DNA of 64,000 nt from an uncultured delta proteobacterium (GCA_963760795.1 CAVXEP010000027.1:1-64000); one strand, 5' to 3'; positions 50,764 to 61,591 are shown, numbered from the stretch's first letter. The notes: generated from the letters alone by a model not told the origin. Program-made: numbers and translations.

Positions 50764-51705
50764 ATGGCAAGAGCACAGGAAGCTTCACGGTTAGTGGCTG
50801 ATCTCTCGTCGGTCTCCGGCGCGCGTCTCAAGCTCGATGAGCCGCTGGCGCGCTATACCTCGATGAAGATCGGCGGTCCGGCGGATTATTTTATCGAAGC
50901 CGACAACGGCGCGGCGCTGGCCGCAGTTCTCATCGCCCTGCGCCGCCATCAGGTGCGATTATGTCTCTTGGGCAACGGCAGCAATGTTCTGATCAGCGAC
51001 CGCGGCGTGCGCGGCGCGGTGATTCATTTAACCGGTGAGTTCAAAAAGATCGAATGGCGCGATGGCGGCGACGCTATCGAAGTCGAGGTTGGCGCGGCCT
51101 ACGCCGTCACCCGGCTGGCGCGCCAGGCGGCGCGCAAGGGATACGCCGGTCTGGAATTCGCCGAGGGGATTCCCGGCAGCGTCGGCGGCGCGCTGGTGAT
51201 GAACGCGGGGGCCTACGGTTCCGAGATCGAAAAAATAGTCGAGCGCGTTGATGCGATCAATCAGGACGGCCAAGCGCTGGTTTTCTCCCGAGCGCAGATG
51301 ACGTTTAGTTATCGCGATTCGCATCTACCCGCGGGCACGGTGGTGACGGGCGTCGTGCTGCGCTTGCGCCGGGGCGAAGCGGCGCAGGTGAATGCCAGAT
51401 TGCGCGAGCTGGTGGGCAAACGGAAAAGCAGCCAGCCGTCGGGATTCCCCAACTCAGGATCGATGTTTCGCAATCCGCCGGGGGATTTCGCCGGCCGGTT
51501 GATCGAAGCCAGCGGTTTGAAGGGCCGGCGGAACGGCCAGGCGCAGATCGCCGAGCGCCATGCCAACTTCATCGTCAACCTCGGCGGCGCCAAAGCCACC
51601 GAGGTGCGCCAGTTGATGGAGCTGGCCGAGAGCGAGGTGCGCCGCCGTTTCAATATTAATTTGATCGCTGAAGTGAAGTATCTCGGCGAGTGGTTGGACA
51701 ATTAG
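50764..51705 (+). CDS. murB: UDP-N-acetylmuramate dehydrogenase MurB
   Basis: IGGPAD, LGNGSN, GIPGSVGG, MNAGAYG, GSMFRNP, HANFIVN. Confidence 0.95.
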   Translation: MARAQEASRLVADLSSVSGARLKLDEPLARYTSMKIGGPADYFIEADNGAALAAVLIALRRHQVRLCLLGNGSNVLISDRGVRGAVIHLTGEFKKIEWRDGGDAIEVEVGAAYAVTRLARQAARKGYAGLEFAEGIPGSVGGALVMNAGAYGSEIEKIVERVDAINQDGQALVFSRAQMTFSYRDSHLPAGTVVTGVVLRLRRGEAAQVNARLRELVGKRKSSQPSGFPNSGSMFRNPPGDFAGRLIEASGLKGRRNGQAQIAERHANFIVNLGGAKATEVRQLMELAESEVRRRFNINLIAEVKYLGEWLDN

Positions 51706-51715
51706 TCGAAGCCCT

Positions 51716-52531
51716 ATGCAATTGAAAGTTCACCGGAGAGACAATCGCAAGCGCGATCAGCAGCGTGGCCGGCGCCGCTGGTGGATCGCCGGCATGGTGG
51801 CATTGCTGCTAGTTGCCGGAGCCCTGCTCTATCGTCTCAGCGGGCCGCTGGCCATTGCCGCGCGCTCGACGCGGGATTTTTTCGCCGACAACCGCTATTT
51901 CGCCGTGCGCCAGATCGAGGTCCATGGCGGCGACAAGGTCGGCGGCGACGAGATCGTCGCCGCCGCCGGACTGCGCCAAGGGATGAATATCTGGAACGTC
52001 GACGCCGTCGCCATCGAGAAGAAAATCGCCAAACACCCTTGGGTGCGCCGGGTGTTGGTGCGCCGCGATTTCCCGCGCCGGGTCGTTATTGACGTCGAGG
52101 AACGCAGACCCAAAGCGATCGTCGGCGTCGGCAAGCTTTATTATATCGACGCCGACGCCGTGGTGTTCAAAGAAGTCGCCTCGGGTGAGAGCATCAAGTA
52201 TCCCATGCTCACCGGTATTTATGCCGAAGGGCTGATGCGCGGCGATCCAGCGGCGCGCCAGCGCATCCGCGACGCCATACGCTTGACCGATTTGATGGCG
52301 CAGCGCTCCCATACGCTGTCGGAGATTCACTTCGAAGCGCCGGACCGGCTGGTGGTCTATCCGACGAAATTCCCGGTGGCCTGGCGCCTGGGCTGGGGCG
52401 ACTGGGAGGAGAAGCTCGCGCGCTTGGACCGTTTGCTGGAATTATGGAAGGGCAACGAGGAGCGGTTGGCGTCTTTGGATATGAGTTTTCGCGATCAAGT
52501 GGTGGCGCGTTTGCGGGATAAAAAGGAGTAG
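51716..52531 (+). CDS. ftsQ: Cell division protein FtsQ/DivIB (POTRA domain)
   Basis: Single TM, POTRA (PWVRRVLVRRDFP..VEERRP), position before ftsA. Confidence 0.88.
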   Translation: MQLKVHRRDNRKRDQQRGRRRWWIAGMVALLLVAGALLYRLSGPLAIAARSTRDFFADNRYFAVRQIEVHGGDKVGGDEIVAAAGLRQGMNIWNVDAVAIEKKIAKHPWVRRVLVRRDFPRRVVIDVEERRPKAIVGVGKLYYIDADAVVFKEVASGESIKYPMLTGIYAEGLMRGDPAARQRIRDAIRLTDLMAQRSHTLSEIHFEAPDRLVVYPTKFPVAWRLGWGDWEEKLARLDRLLELWKGNEERLASLDMSFRDQVVARLRDKKE

Positions 52532-52572
52532 AGGAGCCGGCAGGATCAACTAGCACCGGGAAATCGACGGAT

Positions 52573-53799
52573 ATGGCGAAGAAAAACACCATCGTTGTTG
52601 GCTTGGATATCGGCACGTCAAAAGTCTGCGCCGTGGTCGGCGAGATGACCGAGCGCGGCGTCGACATCATCGGCGTCGGCAGTCACGCGTCGGCAGGCCT
52701 GCGCAAGGGGGTCGTCATCAACATCGAAAGCACCGTTAGCTCGATCAAGCGCGCGGTGCAGGAAGCGGCGTTGATGGCCGGTTGCGAGATTCACACGGTG
52801 TTCGCGGCCATCTCCGGCGGCCATATCAAATCGTTCAATAGCCACGGCATCGTCGCGGTGAAGCACAAAGAGGTGACCCAGCGCGATCTCGACCGGGTGA
52901 TCGACGCCGCCAAGGCGGTGGCGATCCCGCTGGACCGCGAAGTGCTGCATGTCCTGCCCCAGGACTACATCATCGACGAGCAGGACGGCATTAAAGAACC
53001 GTTGGGCATGTCTGGCGTCCGCTTGGAAGCCAAAGTCCATGTGGTGACCGGTGCGGTGACGTCGGTGCAGAACGTCGTCAAGTGCTGCAATCGCAGTGGC
53101 CTCAATGTCGCCGAGATCGTGCTCACGCCGCTGGCCGCCGCCGAAGCGGTGCTCACCGATGAAGAGCGCGAGTTAGGCGTGGTTCTAGTCGATATGGGCG
53201 GCGGCACCACCGATATCACGGTATTTCATGACGGCACGGTGAAGCATACCGCGGTGCTCAGCATCGGCGGCAATCATGTGACCAACGATATCGCCGCCGG
53301 TTTACGGACGCCGTTTGGCGACGCCGAGCGCATCAAGCAACGTTATGGCTACGCCAAAGCGGCGATGGCGATGGGTCAGGAACGGGTCGAGGTGCCGAGC
53401 ATCGCCGGCAAAGAGGCGGGAACTGTGTCGCGGCAAATTCTCTGTGAAATCATCGAGCCGCGCTTGGACGAGATCTTCGAATTGGTCCAGAAAGAAATCG
53501 CCAAGTCCGGTTTCGACGGCTCCTTGGCCTCGGGCATCGTCGCCACCGGCGGTGCCATGCTACTGCCCGGCGCCGTCGAGATGGCCGTGCGCTCCTTTGG
53601 TGTGCCGGTGCGCTTGGGAGTGCCGATGCAGGTCGGCGGTTTGATCGATGTCATCGATAATCCGATTCACGCCGCCGCTGTCGGCCTGGTGCTCCATGGC
53701 ATGAAGGGCCAGGAGCGCGGTGTGGCGCGGCCGCGGGACGACAAGATGATCGCCAAGGTGAAGCACCGCATGTCGGATTGGCTCAGTGAGTTTTTTTAA
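52573..53799 (+). CDS. ftsA: Cell division protein FtsA
   Basis: [31 protein letters not shown]. Confidence 0.96.
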   Translation: MAKKNTIVVGLDIGTSKVCAVVGEMTERGVDIIGVGSHASAGLRKGVVINIESTVSSIKRAVQEAALMAGCEIHTVFAAISGGHIKSFNSHGIVAVKHKEVTQRDLDRVIDAAKAVAIPLDREVLHVLPQDYIIDEQDGIKEPLGMSGVRLEAKVHVVTGAVTSVQNVVKCCNRSGLNVAEIVLTPLAAAEAVLTDEERELGVVLVDMGGGTTDITVFHDGTVKHTAVLSIGGNHVTNDIAAGLRTPFGDAERIKQRYGYAKAAMAMGQERVEVPSIAGKEAGTVSRQILCEIIEPRLDEIFELVQKEIAKSGFDGSLASGIVATGGAMLLPGAVEMAVRSFGVPVRLGVPMQVGGLIDVIDNPIHAAAVGLVLHGMKGQERGVARPRDDKMIAKVKHRMSDWLSEFF

Positions 53800-53840
53800 A
53801 CGGGGAGACAATTTTCAAGTTTAACGGAGGAGGACAGAAC

Positions 53841-55076
53841 ATGTTTGAAATAGTCGAAAAGCAAAATAGCATGACCGCGCGCATCAAGGTCATCGGTATC
53901 GGTGGCGGCGGCGGCAACGCGGTCAACACCATGATCGGTTCCAAACTTACCGGCGTCGATTTCATGGTCGCGAATACCGACGCGCAGTCCTTGGAAGCGA
54001 GCCAAGCGCCGATGCGGATCCAACTGGGCGGCTTGGTGACCAAGGGGTTGGGCGCGGGCGCCAATCCCGAGATCGGCCGGCGCGCGGCGTTGGAGGATCA
54101 AGAACAGATCAGGGAGTATATGGAAGGCTCCGACATGATTTTTATCACCGCCGGCATGGGCGGCGGCACCGGCACCGGCGGCGCGCCGGTGTTGGCGCGG
54201 ATCGCGCGTGAAGTCGGCGCGCTGACCGTCGGCGTGGTGACCAAGCCTTTCATCTTCGAGGGCAAAAAACGCCAGCGCCAGGCGGAACAGGGCATCGAAG
54301 AGTTGAAGCAAAGCGTCGATACCTTGATCGTGATTCCGAACCAGCGCTTGCTCAGCATCGCGGCCAAGACCACGACCATGATCGAGGCGTTTCACAAGGC
54401 CGACGATGTCTTGCTTCAAGCGGTGCGCGGCATCTCGGATTTGATCATTACCCCGGGGTTGATCAATCTTGACTTCGCCGATGTGCGCACGGTGATGGCG
54501 GAGATGGGCTTAGCGCTCATGGGCGCGGCGTCGGCGAGCGGTGAGAACCGCGCCATCGAAGCGGCGCAAAAAGCGATCTCCAGTCCGTTGCTCGAAGACA
54601 TCTCGATCCAGGGCGCGCGCGGTGTGTTGATCAACATCACCGGCGGGCCCAATCTCTGCTTGCACGAAGTCAACGAAGCGGCATCGATGATTCAAGAAGA
54701 AGCCCACGACGATGCCAATATTATTTTTGGCGCGGTGATTGATGAAACCATGGGCGACGAGATCCGCATCACCGTGATCGCCACCGGTTTCGGTGAAGAA
54801 AAACATGGTCACAAAGCGGCGCCGCCGGTGCAAGTCCAGGTACCCGCGGCGGCCAATATCGCCAACATCGCCAGCGCCATGCCGAAAAACAAGAAGGTGG
54901 TTCACCTCGGTACCATCATCGACGATCTCGACGCGCCAACCTGGCAACGGAAGAAGTCGGGCAGCGAAGATCTCGAGAGCGTGACGCTCAACAAGAATAA
55001 TTTCCAGTCGAGCGCCAACCAGGAAGACGACGATAAGTACGATATCCCGACGTTCCTAAGACGACAGATGGATTAG
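53841..55076 (+). CDS. ftsZ: Cell division protein FtsZ
   Basis: [26 protein letters not shown]-terminal DIPTFLRRQ. Confidence 0.98.
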   Translation: MFEIVEKQNSMTARIKVIGIGGGGGNAVNTMIGSKLTGVDFMVANTDAQSLEASQAPMRIQLGGLVTKGLGAGANPEIGRRAALEDQEQIREYMEGSDMIFITAGMGGGTGTGGAPVLARIAREVGALTVGVVTKPFIFEGKKRQRQAEQGIEELKQSVDTLIVIPNQRLLSIAAKTTTMIEAFHKADDVLLQAVRGISDLIITPGLINLDFADVRTVMAEMGLALMGAASASGENRAIEAAQKAISSPLLEDISIQGARGVLINITGGPNLCLHEVNEAASMIQEEAHDDANIIFGAVIDETMGDEIRITVIATGFGEEKHGHKAAPPVQVQVPAAANIANIASAMPKNKKVVHLGTIIDDLDAPTWQRKKSGSEDLESVTLNKNNFQSSANQEDDDKYDIPTFLRRQMD

Positions 55077-55314
55077 CCCTCTGTCAACATCGGTCCTCCT
55101 CCGGTGTGCCGGCCGTCCGCAGTCCCCGCTGTGGACGGCCGGCTAGGATATGCGCCGAAAAGCGCGCGGCGGATGGGCAGATGCCTGCCGCGCTGCGACT
55201 GGCCGAAGGCGCAGCGAAGCCAAAATCCGGCATCTGGGTTGAACAAGTGTTGGCAGAGTGGCAGGACGCAGCTCGGCGACAAATAGCGGAAACGCCTGGG
55301 TCTCGCGTATCGGG

Positions 55315-55659
55315 CTATTTCAGGTAGCGCACACGGGTGCCATGGGTTACCGACAGGATGATTTCCTGCGCTCCGAGGTCCTTGGGAAAGAGCACGCCGG
55401 AAATCCGCGCGCTGTTGAAGCTGGCCCCTTCGAGGGACGCTTGGGAGAGATCGACGCCGCGCAAATCGCTGTTGTGAAAATAACAGTTGCGGAAGTCGAT
55501 GCTCTGGGCGTCGATGCCGCGCAGATCGAGGTGGCGGAAGTCACAGTCGTTGAGCTTGACTCGATCCGCCTGTGCTTTGCGCAGGTTAAACTCCTTAACC
55601 TTGCCCTCGCGGAGTAACTGGTAAAGATCGTCCGGGTGGGTCAATGGTTTTAGTGCCAT
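55315..55659 (-). CDS. Pentapeptide repeat protein
   Basis: CDFRH-LDLRG-IDAQS-IDFRN-CYFHN-SDLRG-VDLSQ-ASLEG-ASFNS; GGAAGGA RBS. Confidence 0.88.
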   Translation of the reverse strand: MALKPLTHPDDLYQLLREGKVKEFNLRKAQADRVKLNDCDFRHLDLRGIDAQSIDFRNCYFHNSDLRGVDLSQASLEGASFNSARISGVLFPKDLGAQEIILSVTHGTRVRYLK

Positions 55660-55719
55660 AAAAATTCCTTCCCTGAAGGATGGTAGCGGTAAATCCCACT
55701 ACACAGGGTACGATCGGCA

Positions 55720-56805
55720 CTATTTGGACGATCTTAAACGCTGTTCCCGCCGAAACCGTTCCAGCGCCAGACGAATCAGCCGGTCGATCAGTTTCGAGTA
55801 GGAAATCCCGCTGGCTTCCCACATTTTCGGGTACATGCTGATCTTGGTGAAGCCGGGGATGGTGTTGATCTCGTTAACTAGCACTCGGCCGTTGGCTTGC
55901 ACGAAAAAGTCAACTCTCGCCATACCTTGGCAGCACAGCGCTTTGTAGACGTGGATCGCGGTTTGACGGATTTCCTTTATTACCTTGGCGGGTAGTTTGG
56001 CGGGAATCTCCAGGCGCGAGCCGTGAGCGTCGAGATACTTGGCGTGGTAGGAATAGAAATCGCTATTGACAACGATTTCGCCCGGGAGCGATGCGATCGG
56101 GTTGTCATTGCCGAGCACCGAACACTCGATCTCGCGGCCGGCGATGAACTCTTCGATGACGATTTTGTTGTCGTAACGAAAAGCCTCTTTGACCGCGGCG
56201 CTGAACTGGCTTGGTTTGGCTGCCTTGCTGATGCCCACCGAGGAGCCGAGATTGGCGGGTTTGACGAACAGCGGCATGCCGAGCATGCGCTTGACCTGGG
56301 CGAAATTGATCTTGTCGGCGCGCTCGAACGCCATGAACTTGCCAATGGTGATGCCGGCGTCGCGCATCAACCGCTTCATCACATCTTTGTCCATGCCGAC
56401 CGCGGAGCCCAACACCCCGGCGCCGACAAACGGCAAGTTGGCGAGCTTCAACAAGCCTTGAACCGTGCCATCTTCGCCAAAGGGCCCATGCAGGATCGGA
56501 AAGACCACGTCGATACCGGCGAATCCCGCCGCGCCGCGGCGTACCATCGGTGTCGTGGTCTTACCCGGCATGATGGCCGCGGCATTCCGGGCGTCGTGAA
56601 ATTCGACTACCGCCTTTTCGCCGCCAAGGAGCAGCCTGGCTCCCTCGTCGAGATGCCAACGGCCTTGTTTATCGATGCCGATGGCGACGATCTCATATTT
56701 ATTCTTGTCCATCGCCGCGGCAATGTTGCGGGCAGAGATCAGCGAAATTTCATGTTCGGCGGATTTACCGCCGAAGAGTAGCGCGACGCGGAGTTTTTTC
56801 TTCAT
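55720..56805 (-). CDS. ddl: D-alanine--D-alanine ligase (long DdlA-like form)
   Basis: [48 protein letters not shown]. Confidence 0.95.
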   Translation of the reverse strand: MKKKLRVALLFGGKSAEHEISLISARNIAAAMDKNKYEIVAIGIDKQGRWHLDEGARLLLGGEKAVVEFHDARNAAAIMPGKTTTPMVRRGAAGFAGIDVVFPILHGPFGEDGTVQGLLKLANLPFVGAGVLGSAVGMDKDVMKRLMRDAGITIGKFMAFERADKINFAQVKRMLGMPLFVKPANLGSSVGISKAAKPSQFSAAVKEAFRYDNKIVIEEFIAGREIECSVLGNDNPIASLPGEIVVNSDFYSYHAKYLDAHGSRLEIPAKLPAKVIKEIRQTAIHVYKALCCQGMARVDFFVQANGRVLVNEINTIPGFTKISMYPKMWEASGISYSKLIDRLIRLALERFRREQRLRSSK

Positions 56806-56830
56806 GCGAGTATTTTACGCGAAGTAGGGC

Positions 56831-56922
56831 CGAGGATCGAGGATAGAAGCTGGAGGATGGATGATGGAGGATCGAGGATGGCGGCAGAGAATCGCGCTAC
56901 GATCCTTCATCCTCCATCCTCG
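56831..56922. repeat. Inverted heptamer-array element between livK and ddl
   Basis: CGAGGAT-CGAGGAT-AGAAGCT-GGAGGAT-GGATGAT-GGAGGAT-CGAGGAT then ATCCTTC-ATCCTCC-ATCCTCG (56902-56922). Confidence 0.8.
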
Positions 56923-56938
56923 ACGACCTTGGGCCAGT

Positions 56939-58123
56939 TTACGATTTCTTTGCAGGCGCGGCGGGAGCTTGCTGCTCGATCACTTTTACGACTTTGCCGG
57001 GATAGGACTGCTTGTCGAATTGCAGGACGAAATACTTGGCTTTAACCGGATCGCCCTTGCTGTCGAATTCAATCGGACCGGTGACGCCTTTGAAACCTTT
57101 AATATTGCGCACAGCGGTGGATACCTCGGCGCGGCTGGGTTTCTTATTCGGATTAGCTTTAATCCATCCTTCCATCGCTTTGATGCCGACCAAAGTGGCG
57201 TCGTAGCCGTACAAGCCAAACGCTTCGATATCCTTGCCAAAGCGCTGCTTATATTTTTTCGCGAATGCGGCGGTTTCAGGATACGCATCCGGCGGACCGG
57301 CGACGCTGGTGTAGTAACTGCCGACCACCGAGCTGCCGGCGATCTTGGCCATCTCGGCCGAATCCAAACCATCGGGTCCCATGAACTTGGCGTTGACGCC
57401 CTTTTCGCGCAATTGTTTTAGCAGCAACCCGCCTTGATGATAGATGCCGCCGAAATAGACCAGCGCGGGATTCTTGGCTTTGAGCGGGTTGATCATCGGC
57501 GAGAAGTTGGCACGCTCTTCGGTGCCTTCGAAGCCGAGTACATTGATGCCGAGCTTTTTCGCCTCGTTGCGGAAATTATCCGCCACGCCCTGGCCGTAAA
57601 GCGTCTTGTCGTGGATGATGTAGACCGATTTCGCTTTCAGCTCTTGCGCGGCGAAGCGCGCGCCGACTGGGCCTTGGACATCGTCGCGGCCGCAGACGCG
57701 ATTGACATTGGGATAACCGCGGTCGGTGATCTCGGTGGCGGTATTGGCCGGCGAGATCATCGCCAGCATGGCGTCCTTGTAAACTTCCGACGACGGCAGC
57801 GCGACGCCGGAATTAAAATGTCCGACGATCACCAAGACTTCAGGGTCGGCGACCATGTTGCGCGCGTTGGCGACGCCGACTTCCGGTTTCGCTTGGTCGT
57901 CCTGGGGCACCAGCACGAGATCGTAGCCCAGCGCTTTGAACGCCTTGACCGATTCCTCGACGGCGAGCTGCGCGCCGAGTTTAATATGTTCGCCGAGCGC
58001 GGCCTGCTCGCCCGAGAGCGGCGCCTGCACGGCGATTTTGATTTTACCTTTTTGCGCCCACGAGGTCGCCGGTAACGCGGCAAGCAGCGCCAGCATGAAA
58101 ACTAAGAACGATTTTTTTGGCAC
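56939..58123 (-). CDS. livK: Branched-chain amino acid ABC transporter substrate-binding protein
   Basis: APLSGEQAALG, DDQAKP, VGHFNSG, GRDDVQG, HDKTLYGQGVA, GVTGPIEFD; AGGAG RBS. Confidence 0.88.
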   Translation of the reverse strand: MPKKSFLVFMLALLAALPATSWAQKGKIKIAVQAPLSGEQAALGEHIKLGAQLAVEESVKAFKALGYDLVLVPQDDQAKPEVGVANARNMVADPEVLVIVGHFNSGVALPSSEVYKDAMLAMISPANTATEITDRGYPNVNRVCGRDDVQGPVGARFAAQELKAKSVYIIHDKTLYGQGVADNFRNEAKKLGINVLGFEGTEERANFSPMINPLKAKNPALVYFGGIYHQGGLLLKQLREKGVNAKFMGPDGLDSAEMAKIAGSSVVGSYYTSVAGPPDAYPETAAFAKKYKQRFGKDIEAFGLYGYDATLVGIKAMEGWIKANPNKKPSRAEVSTAVRNIKGFKGVTGPIEFDSKGDPVKAKYFVLQFDKQSYPGKVVKVIEQQAPAAPAKKS

Positions 58124-58911
58124 GGCAAATTGTCTCCTTTAGGTGGAATGGGCTGACGATAGCAGATTGCCACCGAGGTCGCTATAGTTTTTGTCCCGCC
58201 CAAGAACATAGACCCGCGAGGTTCACTAGCTTGCAAACAGTCATCGCCGGCTTGCTGCGAACGCCTGCCAATCATCATTGCCGCAGTGGGCTCGGTACCG
58301 GGAATCCGTGATCTCGATGACTTCAGACTTGGATTTTCTGGCCAGCCTGAAAACAGTTTGAGACGTAATGCATCAACCTGTAGCTTACATTCGCCGCACG
58401 CAGGTGGGCACTGCAAGTTAAGTCAATGGCCGTCTATATTTGCTGCGTTTCCCGTGGTGTCCGAGCAATCGGCTACTTAGGGTAGGCTGGAGGTGAAACC
58501 ATCGGTCCTTGCCTCTTGTCGAGCCGGAAAAGTCCGGTTGCGCAAGTGCTACAACCAAAATCGAAAAGCCCAACCGGAATCCTGACTGGGGTGCGACATA
58601 GTTTATGAAGGTCACATTGCGGGAAATTCGAAGATTCTAAGCCCCTTCCATGTTCACGCAGCGCCAGTGAAGTTTCCCAATCTGCGGGGTAAACGACAGT
58701 TGCGGAGTCCTTAACAACGCAATTTGGATAATCCGCGAGCCGTCACGGCGTGATGACTGCAACAAACGAGACAGGGCGCTGTAGTGTATCAACTCCGAAT
58801 GCCTCAGCTACGGTGATTCTTGACGCACAGGACCAGCCATTTCTTGACGAGGTCCTCTGCGCGGCACCTTCCAAGCCTCGTCGCGTTGGGCGCGTGGAAA
58901 AAGATCGGCAA

Positions 58912-59955
58912 TCAGATCGACGCCTCTTGGGTTACCACACTTAAATTTATTTTCCGCGATTGGCGTAGCAGCTCGACATTGCACCGCAACCCAATGCGCG
59001 CGTCGGTGAGTAAACGATGCAAATCGTCGATGCCACGCACCGGCTGGTCGTCGAGGGCGACGATAATGTCGCCGACTCGGAGCTCGCCACGCTCTGCGGG
59101 GCCGCTCGGCTCCACAGAGATCAACAGCACCCCGGTTTGATATTGGAGTTGCTGCGCCCGGGCGACGGCGCGGGGGATATCCATGTTCTGGCCGCCAACG
59201 CCGAGATAAGCGCGGCGAATCCGGCCATTCTGAATCAACTGTCCGACGACGAACTTCGCCGTGTTGATCGCTACCGCGAAACAGATTCCCTGCGCCGGCA
59301 GAATCACGGCGGTGTTTACGCCGATGACTTCACCTCGGGAATTGACCAGCGGTCCGCCGGAGTTGCCGGGATTGAGCGCGGCGTCGGTTTGGATGACATT
59401 GTCGATCAACCGTCCCGATACCGAGCGTAGCGAACGACCGAGGGCGCTGACGACGCCGGCGGTGACACTACACTGAAAGCCGTAGGGGTTGCCGATGGCA
59501 ATCGCCATTTGGCCGACCCGAGTTTTTTCCGAATCGCCTAGTGGGACGGCGCTAAGATTTTGCGCCGAGATGCGGATGACGGCAAGGTCGCTGCTCGGAT
59601 CGTCGCCGACGATGGTGGCGCTAAGATGGCGACCGTCGTTCAACGCAACGTCGAGTTTGTCGGCGCCGTGGACGACATGGCTATTGGTCAAGATCAGCCC
59701 GTCCGGCGTGAAGATAAAACCCGAGCCGCTGCCGCGCATTGCGCGTGGCTCGCCGCCTGGCCGGTGTCTCGATGCATGATGCTCCTTGGTGACTTCGATG
59801 AACGTAACCGCCGGGCTGATACTTTCGGCGGCTGCGACGACGGCTTGGGAATAGGCGTCGAGGAGTTCGCCGTCGCGGCTGGCGAAGTCGCGCGCACCGG
59901 CGCCAACTGCGCCGTTGGCTTGATTGTCGACGAGCTTGAGCGCGGGTTGTAACAT
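58912..59955 (-). CDS. S1C (HtrA/DegS-like) trypsin serine protease with one PDZ domain
   Basis: GSGSGF, LTNSHV, DLAVIR, QTDAALNPGNSGGPL, PDZ; LLDAYSQAV N-terminus without signal peptide. Confidence 0.92.
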   Translation of the reverse strand: MLQPALKLVDNQANGAVGAGARDFASRDGELLDAYSQAVVAAAESISPAVTFIEVTKEHHASRHRPGGEPRAMRGSGSGFIFTPDGLILTNSHVVHGADKLDVALNDGRHLSATIVGDDPSSDLAVIRISAQNLSAVPLGDSEKTRVGQMAIAIGNPYGFQCSVTAGVVSALGRSLRSVSGRLIDNVIQTDAALNPGNSGGPLVNSRGEVIGVNTAVILPAQGICFAVAINTAKFVVGQLIQNGRIRRAYLGVGGQNMDIPRAVARAQQLQYQTGVLLISVEPSGPAERGELRVGDIIVALDDQPVRGIDDLHRLLTDARIGLRCNVELLRQSRKINLSVVTQEASI

Positions 59956-60056
59956 GGGGGTTCCTTTCTCACCTTTGGTGCGAAGCTAATCACGAGCGCA
60001 ATGATTGTTAAGTACGCACCCGCCGGTGCTATAGTACCCAAACAGTAACCGAGGAG

Positions 60057-60401
60057 ATGGCGATGAAAGCGAGCGCGACAAAATGTCCGGCGGAGTTTAC
60101 CCTGGCGATGATCGGCGGGCGATGGAAGATCCCCATCGTTTTCCATTTGTTGGCGGGGCCCAAGCGGTTCTCGGATTTAGCGCGCAGCTTGTCCGGTGTA
60201 TCGCAAAAAATGCTCACGCAGCAGCTGCGCGAAATGGAACGCAATGGTCTTGTGATGCGGCAAGTCTATCCGCAGGTGCCGCCTAAAGTGGAGTATTCCC
60301 TCACCGTCTTGGGTGCGAGCCTGCGGCCGGTGGTCGAAGCGATGTGCCGTTGGGGTGAAGCACATGGGGTACGGCGCGAGGTTCGGGAAGCCAGCCTATG
60401 A
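60057..60401 (+). CDS. HxlR/DUF24 family winged-helix regulator
   Basis: CPAEFTLAMIGGRWK, KRFSDL, SQKMLTQQLREME, YPQVPPKVEYSLT. Confidence 0.93.
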   Translation: MAMKASATKCPAEFTLAMIGGRWKIPIVFHLLAGPKRFSDLARSLSGVSQKMLTQQLREMERNGLVMRQVYPQVPPKVEYSLTVLGASLRPVVEAMCRWGEAHGVRREVREASL

Positions 60402-60790
60402 TCATCAGCACGGGAATCGATCTTGCGGAAGTGGATCGCATCCAGGCGGCCATCGAGCACCCGCGCATCGGCCGGCGTTTTCGCGACCGGGTGTTCACTG
60501 CCAGTGAGATCGCTTACTGCGAAAAAAAACAGCGCGGCAAGTACGAGAGTTACGCCGGACGATTCGCGGCCAAGGAAGCGGTGATGAAGGCGCTCGGGCG
60601 CGGCTGGGGTGCCAAAGTGCGCTGGCTCGATATCGAAGTGGCGCGAGCGCGCAGCGGCAAGCCGGAGATTGTTTTGCACGACAAGACGGCGCAGCTCGCC
60701 GCGGCGCTGGGCATTCGCCGCTGGGCGCTATCGATTACCCATACCAAGCAGCATGGCCTGGCTTCTGTGATTGCCGAGGACGATGGGTGA
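60398..60790 (+). CDS. acpS: Holo-[acyl-carrier-protein] synthase
   Basis: GIDLAEVDRI, AGRFAAKEAVMKALG, SGKP, LSITH. Confidence 0.93.
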   Translation: MIISTGIDLAEVDRIQAAIEHPRIGRRFRDRVFTASEIAYCEKKQRGKYESYAGRFAAKEAVMKALGRGWGAKVRWLDIEVARARSGKPEIVLHDKTAQLAAALGIRRWALSITHTKQHGLASVIAEDDG

Positions 60791-60848
60791 GAGAAATAGG
60801 CTCACCACGGAGGAAATTCGGAATCGGAATATAACCGCAAAGAGCACA

Positions 60849-61204
60849 CGCGGCACAGCCGCAATCGAAGGGAAGAATGGCCGCAAAGGGAGCAATAAAA
60901 AGGTCGGATTATCTCCCGCAAAGGCGCTAGGGCGCAAAGGTGACGGGCTAATGCGCGTCATCCCGAGCGACAGACTGTGTGAAAACCCCGTTCATGGTTC
61001 GACTGGGCTCACCACGAACGGTTATCAGACATTACAAATCAAGCGTTTAGCCGTTCGCCCTGAGCTTCGTCGAAGGGCTCCTAAAGAGTTTTCACACAGT
61101 CTGGCGAATGCGAGGGATCTAGAAAGAATTCTTTCGGCGCTCGAAATGACATCTCTTCTCTTCCGAACTTGGCGACTTTGCGCCTATGCGGAAGGAATAT
61201 CCGA
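60849..61204. repeat. Composite nested inverted-repeat region
   Basis: Outer IR 60903-60938 / 61168-61204; CGTC-type REP arms 60954-60970 and 61104-61151; shared repeat 60849-60909. Confidence 0.75.
60971..61103. mobile_element. 133-bp MITE-like non-autonomous element, 16-bp TIRs, 4-bp target duplication
   Basis: CAGACTGTGTGAAAAC (60971-60986) / GTTTTCACACAGTCTG (61088-61103) perfect inverted repeats, flanked by GCGA (60967-60970; 61104-61107). Confidence 0.85.
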
Positions 61205-61339
61205 ATCCGAGAAATTCACCGCCGGATAAATTTGCGCAAGCTGCGCAAACTGTGAGCTATTGCAATGCAAAGAGCGCAAAAAAATTTCACAGGAAATCCG
61301 GGAGTAGAGGCAACATGTGCCTTGCCCGTTGGGAAAAAT

Positions 61340-61582
61340 TTAGTTGCCCCGGGACTTTTTCGCCGGCAGTAGGAACAGCGCGCCGAGGGCCCAGATGCCG
61401 CAGACTAGTCCGCTGACAGACCAGATTACTTTATTGCGGCCGTTGTGATTGGCGACGACGCCGCAAAGAATCGCATCGAGACTATGGACGAGCGCGACGG
61501 TGGGCCATAGCGATGCCGGCTCCATGTCCGGTTTGATGAACAGGAGTCCGCTGACATATCCGACGAGAAGAGAGAAATCCAC
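61340..61582 (-). CDS. Small membrane protein (3 TM)
   Basis: 80 aa hydrophobic ORF ending GRNKVIWSVSGLVCGIWALGALFLLPAKK. Confidence 0.6.
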   Translation of the reverse strand: MDFSLLVGYVSGLLFIKPDMEPASLWPTVALVHSLDAILCGVVANHNGRNKVIWSVSGLVCGIWALGALFLLPAKKSRGN

Positions 61583-61591
61583 GAGCTGCTC

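Noticed and set aside
55315-55659. Qnr-type quinolone resistance gene
   Set aside because: Only 114 aa with about nine repeats, much shorter than Qnr/MfpA; no support for that function
60771-61229. 152-aa ORF after acpS
   Set aside because: Translation of the nested repeat region; no recognisable protein features
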